Below the pieces are notes generated by a model, which was not told the origin of the DNA, searched no databases, and saw nothing but the letters and a program-made list of their open reading frames with translations. 44,520 nt of DNA from Octopus bimaculoides (taxonomy: Eukaryota), in assembly GCF_001194135.2 (NCBI RefSeq), contig NC_068983.1, positions 122,318,934 through 122,363,453 on the forward strand, written 5' to 3'. Within the stretch, counting starts at the first letter, position 1. Every line of letters starts with the position of its first letter. The position numbers and the translations under genes are program-made. Positions 12,746-24,360 of this stretch are shown piece after piece.

Positions 12746-13668
12746 TTTTTTTACTTAATTTTTGAGAGCGATCGGTTTTATTTTTAGTATTCTCGTTTGC
12801 GAGAGCAGTCGAGTGTATTTCAGATATTCTCTGTCTGGCATGCTCTCTTTGTATTTCATTTTTGATCTTTTCTCCTATTACGTGCTTCATCACCTGTTCT
12901 TTTATTATACCATCTGGGAATGTGTACAGAAAGCTTCTCAGTGGCTAGTGATCAATAAAGTACATGATGATATCTTACCCAACCAGTTTGGTGTTAGTGT
13001 CAGATATGTTTGTAAGGCCGCAGCATATGTTGTCCTATGTTTTTTTAAAATCAAATTGTATGTCGATCCGAATGTAATGTTAAAAAGAGTGATAAAAAGA
13101 ACTTTTGGTTTTGGGAGAGGCCTTCGGATTGTTCTTTTGAAAAACAATTGAAAAAGTGATATCTGCTCTAATACTGTTCTCAGAGATTATGTACCATTGG
13201 GCGATGTTTCCACAACTCCCAGTATTCTGTCAAGTGACAAGTTTCATGATTGTAGGAAATGACATCATATCAAGCCGTCTACCGGTATGTGATATTTTTT
13301 GGAATCCTCTATTCGCCATGACCATAGATAACATTGTTTAAGAAGTTTCATCGGAATTGAGCATCTCGTACTTAATGCGCCATTGGATGGAATGCTGATG
13401 ATCTGGATCGAGTGGTTAAAATTTTCAGTTCATTTAGATTTTAAATGACGCGAAATGCGAATTGTTAACAGCTAAATAGACGTTATTTCAATCCAATTTT
13501 CTGTCAATTCATTTTCCAAAGCTAATTAATTGTATTTTACTCAGAGACTCTATTGCACTATTTTTCACCTGAAAAGCAAGCAAATTTAGAGCAGCTGAAT
13601 AATTTCAAAAGACTTGGAACCCTACTCAACTTTGCGTCTGCATTTCTTTCGAGTATGTTATTACCTTT

Positions 13669-14226
13669 GTGGAGGCGCAATGGCCCAGTGGTTAGGGCAG
13701 CGGACTCGCGGTCAAAGGATCGTGGTTTCGATTCCAAGACCGGGCGTTGTGTGTGTTTATTGAGCGAAAATACCTAAAAGCTTCACGAGGCTCCTGCAGG
13801 GGGTGGTGGCGACTCCAGTTGTACTCTTTCGCCCCAACTTTCTCTCACTCTTTCTTTCTGTTTCTTGAGTAACGTTGCGATGGATTGGCGTCCCGTCCAG
13901 CTGGGGGGGGNNNNNNNNNNNNNNNNNNNNNNNNNNNNNNNNNNNNNNNNNNNNNNNNNNNNNNNNNNNNNNNNNNNNNNNNNNNNNNNNNNNNNNNNNN
14001 NNNNNNNNNNNNNNNNNNNNNNNNNNNNNNNNNNNNNNNNNNNNNNNNNNNNNNNNNNNNNNNNNNNNNNNNNNNNNNNNNNNNNNNNNNNNNNNNNNNN
14101 NNNNNNNNNNNNNNNNNNNNNNNNNNNNNNNNNNNNNNNNNNNNNNNNNNNNNNNNNCATACGCCATAGAAACCGGGAAACCGGGCCCATGAGCCTGGCT
14201 AGGCTTGAAAAGGGCGCATAAAAAAT
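13669..14226 (+). mobile_element. tRNA-derived SINE (type B) spanning a 247-N gap, with 14 bp TSD
   Basis: Same head as the type A SINE; tail ...catgagcctggctaggcttgaaaagggcgcat. TSD atgttattaccttt at 13655-13668 and 14227-14240. Confidence 0.85.
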
Positions 14227-14699
14227 AATGTTATTACCTTTAAGCTGAGTGTACAATCTGAAAGATTTTGATTGCATCATTCAAGATTCCCTATTAGCAA
14301 TTTGTAGCACAAAACTTACGGATGTTTACTAGTCCCAAGCAAGCTGTCGCATTTATTTCGTGGGCATGGGAACTAAAAAAGCGCCTGACTTCGCTTCTTA
14401 ACCTTTTAAGCATCAGTTCTACCTACGATTGTTTCGATGCCCTCTCCTTTAGTTGCTCTGCAAATATCAAGGGATCCAGACGCAGCTATTCATTTGTGAT
14501 CTCATGATCTTCCCAATCTGAAAAAGAAGAATTCTCAGACTGATTGGTAAATATTCTCTGACTCAATTATATAGATCAATGGGATAGAAGTCACCCTTTT
14601 ATTGTCAAATTCATGTGAGAATGAGTGCATGCATTTCCTAGTACTTGTTTGGAGAATTTGCTTTACAATGAGGACCTGTACATTTGTTTGGTCCACTGA

Positions 14700-15145
14700 A
14701 ACTAACATAAGAGTTTCACTGTACCTTGTAAAACAGCAACAAGAGAGGTAAGCCCTGTTCATTGTGCAACAGCATGAGTCAAGTGAATTCCATCAAAAAT
14801 CATAACAAACGTTATGATTTACATGGAAGGTGGGACGTGTAGAGATTCCCATTTGGTGTACACAGCAGAATGCACGGTTTGATTTATGTTGGTTGCACAA
14901 CAGAACAATTAAACAAAAGATTCAATGGGCACAGATTCGACGTCAGGCACAATAACAGTAGTTCGACAGAACTTGCCGAACATTTTACATCAAACGGCTG
15001 CAATTTTGAAAAAGACTTGAAAGTGCATATTCTCAGAAAATATTCTGAATCTACTACACTTTCAATACTCAAAATGTATGGGGAGAAATATGTTTGTGAG
15101 TTATTGACATCACGCCCTGGAGGAATGAATAAAATGACATGACAA
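14700..15145 (+). mobile_element. Penelope-like GIY-YIG endonuclease remnant
   Basis: PCSLCNS...GTCRDSHLVYTAECT (frameshift) GLIYVGCTTEQLNKRFNGHRFDV...LAEHF...LKVHIL...GGMN, typical of the PLE endonuclease C-terminus. Confidence 0.85.
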
Positions 15146-15454
15146 TTTCATCATATTTACACAAAACTGTTTGATTAAATATTCTTCTTTTTCCTTTTCT
15201 TTTTTCTTTTCTTTTTTCTCCTTTTTTTCTTTCTTTTTGCCTGTTGTAAACTAGAAAATTGAAGACTGATGATGTCATTCCATCAATGTGGGAACGCTGG
15301 TTGCCCTCGTTCATGTTTTTGTTTTGAATTTCTATAATTTTGAATTTCTATGTATCACTTTTCATTTAAAACTCGACAAAGACAGGCTAGCTGTCAAAAT
15401 ATCGTTCAATCAATAAAATATTTATAGCAATCGCATAGCACTCTTCGTATTGTC

Positions 15455-15500
<46 letters not shown>

Positions 15501-15530
15501 GTTATTGTTGTTGTTGTTGTTGTTGTTGTT
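15455..15530. repeat. (TTA)n/(TTG)n microsatellite
   Basis: Direct reading. Confidence 0.9.
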
Positions 15531-17343
15531 GCATTCTGTATATCGTACTTAACATGGATATATTGTAAGAAAATACTGTGGGAATTGTCTTGAGAAAACA
15601 TTTCGTAAAAACGTTTATTACTAAAAAGCACAGAAATATCAGTCGTAGACGGAAAGCACTCTCCAATCTTTACGCGTAGTAACATAAGAGATCTATTCCC
15701 CAGTTGATCTGACTTTACAAAAGCCTTATTTGTTTTTACTTGTAGTGGGGAGGAATAAAGATGTTGGAAAAAGTTACTGGAGTTGTCTCTATTAGTTCAG
15801 AGATGCTGGGAGTGAATACAATAGGACAATAATTGGCAGGGTCAAATGTGTTGCGCTTCATGGGAATGAGACACATTTGTATTTACAAAGATCATGATAC
15901 ATCCCAATGGATATATCCCACTATATGATATATCCCGATAGAGAAAAAGTGAAATCGAAGCGCTTAGTGAAGATAAGAGTGAGCTCTAGCGCGCGTTGTT
16001 TGGAAGGAAAATTATCATACCAGAAGCCTTGCTGACGTGCAACGACTGTAGGTGTTTTCGCACTTGACGTGATTATATAGATGGAAAGGAGACTTTCTCT
16101 GCGTGAGTACTTTTTTTCAGAAACATCATAGTTTAGAAGAGAAAAAGAGGATTCTTCAAAGTTCGAAGAGATTCTTTTAGAAAGAGACGATAAGGGTCAG
16201 CTGCAGTTTGGAAAACAAGAGTACTTAAGGTGTATAATTGCAAGGCGAAAGCGAAAAGGGAAGTCGCGGTTTCGCCTCGGAGGAGGCTAGAGGTTGTGTA
16301 AAAGTTTAAGGAAAAGGAATCTACGGTTTCATCTCACAGCGGGAGTGAGATGGCCGTCTCATTTGCATTATAAATTATTCATTTCACATTCATCCTTCAT
16401 ATGTTTTATGTTCCCGCATGTCTTTGTATGTCCCCTCTGTAATTAGGTCTTGTGCCTGTAATAAAGATTTCATCTTAGGATGCCTCCGTGCATCTTAGGA
16501 TGCACGGAGGCATCCTAAAAGATTTCGTTGAACGACTGGAAGAAATTGAACTGCTAGGTAAAATTTGGTTTGAAGAAAGTGTAGGATGTAGAAGTACATG
16601 TCTGCAAAAATGTTTTCAGTCATCCGCATACGATTCACCCGATCAGGAGTGAATTACACGAGTTGCAGGGATAGTTAGTATAGAACTGGTGGAGTTTTTA
16701 TTAGTCAGATGATTTGAAGTGTAATAGGGTTCAAGAGTGGTGGAAGTTGCGTCTTCTGTGGGCGTGGAGGAAATTAGTAATAATGGTACACCCCACCCAC
16801 GTGACGAGTGGAATGGGGGTCGTACAGTGCCAGGTAGAAACATCCTATCGACGACTTCGGAATATAACAATATCTGTCAGAGCGACAACCGTCGTACGAA
16901 TACAGATACAACAGTGGCAAAAGACCGCTCTATAATAGTAATGTGTAGTCGAGATAAGGCAGTAGTTGGACAACCCGCAAAATTAAAGAATATAACGGCT
17001 TGATAAAGGTTGTATTTAGACATAACAGCAGGAAATGCAATTAATTTCTCTCTGATAATTCCATGACCTTACTGATATCTTATGTCAGAAATACAGGCCT
17101 GTGTTATTTAACATCGGTTTAGTTCTATTATCAATAAAACATGAAAGCTTTCAAATTTTGTATCTTAACCGCTTTCAAGAATTGGTTTGAGTGTTTAGTA
17201 TGCTTCGAGGGCTCACTACAAAGTTTCAACTTCTTTTGAGAAATTGCAGCTAGCATATCGGTTATTTTTCTAGACTTCAAATGACTACCAGTTTCTTCTT
17301 CATCGAATGTCACCCGAACTTCAAAGCCATAATAATTGTAATA

Positions 17344-17602
17344 AAATAAACGAATGCGTCCTTTTAAAGCCTAGCCAGGCTTATGGGCCCGGTTTCCTGG
17401 TTTCAATGGCGTATGTGTTCCCCGGCTGGACGGGACGCCAGTCCATCGCAGCGTTACTCATTTTTGCCAGCTGAGCGAACTGAAGCAACGTGAAATGAAG
17501 TGTTTTGCTCAAGAACACAACGCGTCGCCTGGTCTAGGAATCGAAACCACAATCTTACGATCATGGTGCTGCTACCCTAACCACTAGGCCACGCGTCTCC
17601 AC
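17344..17602 (-). mobile_element. tRNA-derived SINE (type C) with 14 bp TSD
   Basis: tRNA-like head near 17530-17602 and the same tail as the type B SINE. TSD taataattgtaata at 17330-17343 and 17603-17616. Confidence 0.85.
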
Positions 17603-18109
17603 TAATAATTGTAATACCTCTTGCAATTTTTGAATAAATATTTATCCTGGTATTCTTTGTGTTACATAAATAGTATTGATTTCACTTTCATCGTCTAAGA
17701 CATATTTACACTTTGGTTCGATGTGTTTATGGTGATACAGTTATAAATTTTGCTCTGAGCAGGATATTCCTCTACTTTCACGATGTGTTTTGCATCACAA
17801 ACTGTGCACATTCGAACCAGATTAACTTCCATTAGTTTTGGGTTTGTCGCAGTCTCTGAGATTTATTCAAACATAGTTTCCTTACAGTTTCCTTATTATT
17901 GTTTAATATCTAAATATGTGTGCGTGAAATTTTATTGGAATATAACACGTATGTATATGATACATACAAAACCATATTAAAAATATAAATCCAAATCCGG
18001 GAGAAAAAAGAATGGAAAATGAGAAACAAGGTCAGAAAAAGAAAGAAAAAAAAGGAAAAAACAACAATTCAATACCAAGTGCTTCAGTTGCTCGCACACC
18101 ACAAGGTTC

Positions 18110-19308
18110 AACGGAACCTACTGAAGCAAGCCAACATGCTCACGGCATTATCATGGTCGATGGCGAGGCTCAGGCGTTGGAACAGGTATCACATCACAGG
18201 CATCACCTCACAGGTATCACCTCACATGCATCACCTCACACCTCGGTAAGGCGAACCGCCAACGATGGCAAGAACTTCGCTGTTAGCGGCCCAGCCACTC
18301 CAAACGTCTCAAACGCCTCAGGCTGGAAGAAATAGTTCACTGACAGGTCCCAATAATTAAGGATTTTGTTCCGTTCGGTTACAGAAATAGTGACTCTCCC
18401 ACATACCGCAACATCCAGGATATGGGAGGGAGCAAAGGAATCACAAACTGTGGCGTCTTAGATGAGGTACCTACCTCTTACCCAGGGACGAAGGATAAGA
18501 CCAACTGGTCTCTTCCCATACTTTCTGGAGAATCCCACCGGATCCAGAACTGAGGAGATGTTAACCCGAGCCAGGGCCCGCTTAATGATTAAGTTTAGCT
18601 CGGTGTGACGAGCGAAACAACGAGTATTTTGGCGGCAAGACAGACCGTGAAGACCAGTGGAGTCGAGAGGCCTACCACAGCGACATCTCAGTCCTCCACA
18701 GACGTCGGCTCCCACTATGAGTACGATGGAGATGTGGAGTTTACCTAGACTGAGTAGATCACCAATGTTGGCCACAGTCAGGGCATCAAACCAGTCCTCC
18801 GAGAATTTTGCACTGGCAGGAAGTATGCGACACCTTAAAAATTGATCAGATTGATCAAGGAAAAAGTTGAAAGTGGCACCTGAGCTCAGATTGTCCCATT
18901 CTCTGTTTCTATCTATCCTCCACTGGAACCCAGCTCTCTCTATTGTGATAGAGCTACATCCATCTCCCTATTGGAACTAGTACATGTTGGAGAGGAGAAT
19001 GTGTTTCCTACCAAAGGGAGTAAGCGTGGATGGAGAAAAGAAAACAAGGAAGAGATAGAGATGAGCACTTGTGCAAACCTAAACTCTCAAATCGTTTGGG
19101 CAAAGCAGCTTGGTCGCGAGACTCTGGAGAGAGTCTGACATTGACCATGACTCGAGTTTCCTTAAGATTTAGGTCGTCAAAGCATTGGAGAGACGACGAG
19201 AATCTATAGGAGGGACTAATTCTGAGAAAATACAATAATTTAGGAATCGACAAGTAATCCGTAAGTATTAAAAATACTTGGTGAAGTTCGATTACCTCAG
19301 GTTTGCAC
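18110..19308 (-). mobile_element. CRE-clade non-LTR retrotransposon 3' portion (REL endonuclease), cut by a gap
   Basis: Minus strand: QAALPKR..SLG...LSLPCFLFS, CRCGRPLDSTGLHGLSC (zinc knuckle), RHTELNLIIKRAL, KRPVG..L.PW, DATV, PEAFETFGVAGP, YLFQRLSLAI..NAVSML. This is the CRE REL signature order. Confidence 0.85.
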
Positions 19309-19578
19309 NNNNNNNNNNNNNNNNNNNNNNNNNNNNNNNNNNNNNNNNNNNNNNNNNNNNNNNNNNNNNNNNNNNNNNNNNNNNNNNNNNNNNNNNNNNN
19401 NNNNNNNNNNNNNNNNNNNNNNNNNNNNNNNNNNNNNNNNNNNNNNNNNNNNNNNNNNNNNNNNNNNNNNNNNNNNNNNNNNNNNNNNNNNNNNNNNNNN
19501 NNNNNNNNNNNNNNNNCACACACACACACACACACACACACGCTCGCACACAACATTCATTTTAACATTTTACTCACA

Positions 19579-20090
19579 TCTATATACATAAATGCGTAAT
19601 GGTGTCTGTCTGTGTTTCGACTTACTCTAACTTCTCCCACACCGTCCAACCGATTTTAATGATTTTTGGCACATAGGTAGATCACATGCCTTCAAGTTCA
19701 AATAAGGCCGGAATTTTTCGAAAACTTGATAATGCTCATATGGCATCGATTTTTGTGAGCTTAATCGGGCGTTTGATGGAAATTCTCATAACGATGTTAT
19801 TTTTCCTGCAGCTTTGGCATTTTTTGTCCGATTTTGATGAAAATCGATCTGTGAGCGAGGCTCATGGCAGTGAGTTGATATCAGTATATGACATTGACAA
19901 AAATCGATAATTGTACCTAGCAGTGGTTTTATAAAATCGGTAAATTTTGTGGTGGGGGAGACAGTAAAGATGTTTATTTAATTCAAAAGGGCTTGAAAGT
20001 CAATGGGATATTTTCATGTAAATGGTCACACGGATTCTATTTCATGACATAACTTTAACACCTCAGATTTTGCTGAGATTGGACAAGCTG
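19579..20090 (+). mobile_element. Possible non-autonomous Helitron (5' end)
   Basis: Starts A|TCTATATACATAAATG...GTGTCTGTCTGTG, like invertebrate Helitron 5' termini. No convincing 3' hairpin+CTAG found. Confidence 0.35.
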
Positions 20091-20099
20091 ATCAATTTT

Positions 20100-22070
20100 G
20101 TACAGAGGGTGGCATCAAAGCGAAAGAAACAAACAAACATCACTCTCAATGGATCGAGGTGCACCCACTTCTCCACCAAAATACTTAGATTATAATTTAC
20201 ACAGAACCCCCCCAAAAAGCGGTGGCCGCTCTATACTATGGCATACCCCCTCCCATTCTCACTTAACACTAAGAACTTAGCTAAATCTTTCTTCAAAATA
20301 CTGGACTCTAACTTCCCCCGTTAACATAAATACCATTCTATATTTAACAGATCCACTTTGAAATTGTCTTATTCTACCACGCCTAGCTTCGAATCTATTA
20401 TAGCAACTTCTAATAAGCATAAACTCTCACTCTATCATCAAAACTCACACAACTATAACTATGGTAACACTAGCACTCAGCGCACACATATACCCAACAT
20501 AGACATTCACACACGTACATCTAGCACTGATACTCGTACACTTGAACACGACCATAATATATCCCAGCCCACTAGTATACCCAGAAATAATACCACTATA
20601 TCTTCTAATAATAACAATAGCGGTAATAATAACTATAACAGTAATGATTGCATTGATCTAGATTCCTCTGCATCCTCATATAACCTATCCTCCAATAATA
20701 TCACTTCATCCACCGCAGAACACAACCCAGACAATCTGCCCGCTACAAACNNNNNNNNNNNNNNNNNNNNNNNNNNNNNNNNNNNNNNNNNNNNNNNNNN
20801 NNNNNNNNNNNNNNNNNNNNNNNNNNNNNNNNNNNNNNNNNNNNNNNNNNNNNNNNNNNNNNNNNNNNNNNNGTAATATACAAATGCACCGTCGCCAATC
20901 TGCTACATAACTCTACAGCTACATACATAGGTTCAACTAAAAATTTCAAGCAACGTTATGCAGCTCACCTTCACTCTTTTAGATATGACAAGCACAGCAA
21001 ATCTACAACACTAGCCAACCACATACACCACCTCAAAACACCCAGTATACTTTAACATGGTCCATTCTGGACTCAGAAATCCCATACCAATGCCAGCGCT
21101 CTAATTGCAAATTTTGCTTGAAGGAGGCGTTCCATATTTTAAAATACAATTCTCCCACACTACTTAATAGGTATAATGAAGCACTTGGCAACTGTAATCA
21201 CCGTTTCTCCCATACATTCAAATTTTATCACAGACACAAATGCACAAATGACCACACAACATACTCCCACAACCCCCATAGATAACCCTAACCAACTCGA
21301 TCCACGCCTGTAATTATATGTATAAGTACATATGTTCCTTTGTTAGTTAGCTATTAGGTTCCCCTACTACCATCCTTGAAATAATTTTCAGCTCTATTTA
21401 TAGAATATTAATACTACTACCTTTCTCTCTTATTATACATTTTTTCCTTTTTATTATTTTTTTTCGAACCCCACCAACACCATCACCCCCTACCGGTTCC
21501 TTCCTATCATGACACTGTACACAACTGTAACTGCCTCCCTTTACTACTCCACTTTATCTCTTCACACTCCCTTTCTCCACCTATCCATTTCTTTACAAAA
21601 CTTATACTTATACCTCTATCTTCTTCCCTTTGCTCTCTTGCTTCTTTTTCATCTATTTATAGCCTACTGCTTGAACTATTACCTTCATTTCTCCCTTAGA
21701 TATTTCCTTCTCCTTCCTTCCTGTCTTATGGCTTGACCTCACAATTCTACACACATCTTCCACTCACTTCGGACTGTCCTTTAAGTAAACAACGCACAGA
21801 GTTAACTGGATACGAAATGATATATATCCACCAAAGCAACTATAATTATCACTGGAGAATACACACACAGATTCTATACATGGATATTTACTGTTGGAAT
21901 GGAACTATACTCCAAGTACTTTTTCTTCATTGTTTTTTCTTCTCCGCATCGCTCTCATTTCTTTCTGCAAATCTACTCATACTGATGTAATAATCTCTAT
22001 TTTCTACTATTACCGTCTCCGATGAAGGGAGACACTGAATTTTCTCTGAAACAGCTGTAAGACATTCTAT
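20100..22070 (+). mobile_element. Penelope-like element 3' half: RT C-terminal region, low-complexity linker, GIY-YIG, 3' terminal repeat with hammerhead
   Basis: RSILWHTP.. (frameshift) NLAKSFFKILDSNFP..HKYHSIFNRSTLKLSYS; after the gap VIYKCTV...TYIGSTKNFKQRYAAHLHSF...STTLANHIHHLK (frameshift) LTWSIL...CKFCLKE...LLN. Hammerhead motif at 22015-22063. Confidence 0.88.
22015..22063 (+). ncRNA. Minimal type I hammerhead ribozyme motif (U4-to-C variant)
   Basis: Stem I GUCU/AGAC, core CCGAUGA, stem II AGGGAGA/UUUCUCU, GAAA, palindromic stem III ACAGCUGU, cleavage triplet GUA (cut after 22059). Confidence 0.7.
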
Positions 22071-23164
22071 ATAAAATATAAATTCTACTTATGCCATTGG
22101 TCTCTTTATCTCATTCTTATATATATATATATATATATTGTAGTTTGATTTACGATCATAAGAATTAATAATTTAATTACAAATGTCGTTGGATACTGAT
22201 TTCTTCGTTCGACGATCACTTGATGATGCTTGTCCAAGACGAAAATTCGGACACCTCATGAAATAAATATAAAGTGAATATAACAGATTTCGTGTGTTTA
22301 TTTTTTAGGCCAAAGTAACTGTTACACTTCATGCTGTTTAGAAAATAAAAGCAGCTCGATTCTAGGTACGCCACGGTGAGAAAAGAAATTCTTTCGTGCA
22401 TATGTATGTGTACGAAAGGATTTTCACTTACAGTACCGTAACTAGAAAGTGACTGAATAAAGCAGATTTTCCGCTTTTTTAAAAAAATAATATCATTGCG
22501 TTATGTTCTCTAGCTAACGTCTTTTGTGTTACATTATATATTCTTGCCTTTATTCTTGGCTAAATTCAACGAAGTAAATTTATACTTGTTTATGTAATAT
22601 GCGCTTATCTGCAACTCATTCGAAACTTTGTTGAACTCATTATCAACATATAAGTTAAGAGTTATCTTTTCCAGGTGCTTTTTAATCATAGTTCACAAAT
22701 CCCCGAACACCTGTTGAAAATGAACATTTTCTTTTTACACTTCATTATATATAATACGCTTATCACTGATAGATTTTAACTCTAGTTATTTGTATTCCAA
22801 GTATGTCTGGCATTTTGATTTTCCTTACCATATCCCTGGCGATATGCTATGCGCCCATATTGGTATGTATTCTTTTAAAAATTTCGTTATCTTTGATGAA
22901 CGCTAATGACATAATCTATCATTGGAGCATATAATTTCTCTGTAAGTTTCAGCATCCTAATATTCAGTTTAGCTTAATTTTGCTAACTATGAATGCATAA
23001 ACGTCAACTTTGATAAATCGGTGGCCTGTTACTATGCAAGAAATTCATGTATGTATGTATGTCATTGTTCAATTTTATTTCAAGATTTCTTGCCAATAGA
23101 GAAAGCGTCGGTTTCTAACTTAGATCCTAGGCTCCTTCATTGAAATTTCAACATCAACAACACG

Positions 23165-23290
23165 GTATGTACGTACGTACGTACGTACGTACGTATGTAT
23201 GTATGTATGTATGTATGTATGTATGTATGTATGTGTGTGCGTGCGTGTGTGTATGCATGTATGTGTATGTGCAGATTTGTATGTATATGT
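23165..23290. repeat. (TACG)n/(TATG)n/(TG)n compound microsatellite
   Basis: Direct reading. Confidence 0.9.
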
Positions 23291-23419
23291 ATGTGCAGTT
23301 TTGCATTATGCATGCATTCTCATGCATATAGTTGCATATCTAGACATGATAAACTTATGGTAAGTTTTGCAGATTTTTACAGTTCCAGTGATGAATTGGA
23401 TTCGTATACTTCGAATTAG

Positions 23420-24360
23420 CTTTCTCCTTTCTGATTTTGAGAAGCCTAACTTCTCAAGATTGGTATTCAGGCAAGTGTTGTAGGAATTTCAGTTATATTG
23501 GTGATTCCACTGTTCGTCTTTACATAATACTGTGAGTTCCTATACAGATATTTAAAGATGTTGATATATTTGCTCGGGACCCCATAGACTCTCAAAATAT
23601 TCCAGAGAGTACCTCAGATAACACTGTCAAATACTTTCTTAAAGTTGATGAAATTAGTAAGCAATTTCACTGTATGTTCTCTGCTTTGCTCGATTATATG
23701 CCGCAATTCAAGATCTGTTCCACACAGAACCTGCCACTCCGAAAACCTGCCTGCTCCTTTCTCAACGCAATATCAATCTCTTTAATCTCTTCAGTAGAAC
23801 AAAGCATAGAACGTTACTAGGTACAGATAATAATGTAATGTCACGCCATTTGTTGTTGTCTGCCAGACTACCTTTTTATGCCTCCACTCATCTGGTAGTC
23901 TTCCTGCTGACGAAGTTGAACAAATGTGTCAGATATTGTACAACTGTTTCCTCACCATGCTTCAACAGTTCGGCAGGTATCTCATCCATGCCTTGCTGTT
24001 TTATTGTTCTCCACACTACGTATTCACTTCTTCAGTCATGTTAATCACTTGATTCATGATTGCTTTGTTACCCACTTCAAATGTAGTTGCTAGAATTGGC
24101 TGATTGAAAACTTCAGGAAAATGTTTTTCCAGCGCGTTGCTTGTTCCTCAGCCTTCATCGGTACTCTGGAACCACTCCTCACACTTGTTAACTCACATGC
24201 GATCATATACAGCGTTCGTGAGTCATTTCTATTTGCAACTTCTTGAGCTTCCACATCTTTCTTTTTTAGCCACTGCTGCTTCTCTTTTCTACACGTTTTC
24301 TTCACTTCCCGATCAATACTCCGATGGCTTTCACCAAAGCCGGTCCGAAGCCCGATTGAA
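23420..24360 (-). mobile_element. RTE-clade LINE internal fragment (linker plus N-terminal RT)
   Basis: EAQEVANRNDSRTLY...EEQATRWK; NNKT(A)GMDEIPAELLKHG; KWRDITLSVPS...LKEIDIALRKEQAGFRSGRFCVEQI. Multiple stops and frameshifts. Confidence 0.85.

Noticed and set aside
13100-13430. Coding-like GC content between repeats (also about 24700-25480)
   Set aside because: No recognisable motif in the frames I checked; left unannotated.
13757-14280. X-filled ORFs spanning gaps (also 19008-19599)
   Set aside because: Artefacts of N runs.
15262-15310. CUGAUGA after the GIY-YIG remnant as a hammerhead
   Set aside because: No GAAA core half and no stem I or II pairing; at most a fully decayed pLTR.
18181-18240. 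Short repeats as a CRISPR-like array (also 26000-26090, 8875-8930)
   Set aside because: Contiguous tandem duplications without unique spacers, in a eukaryotic context with no cas genes.
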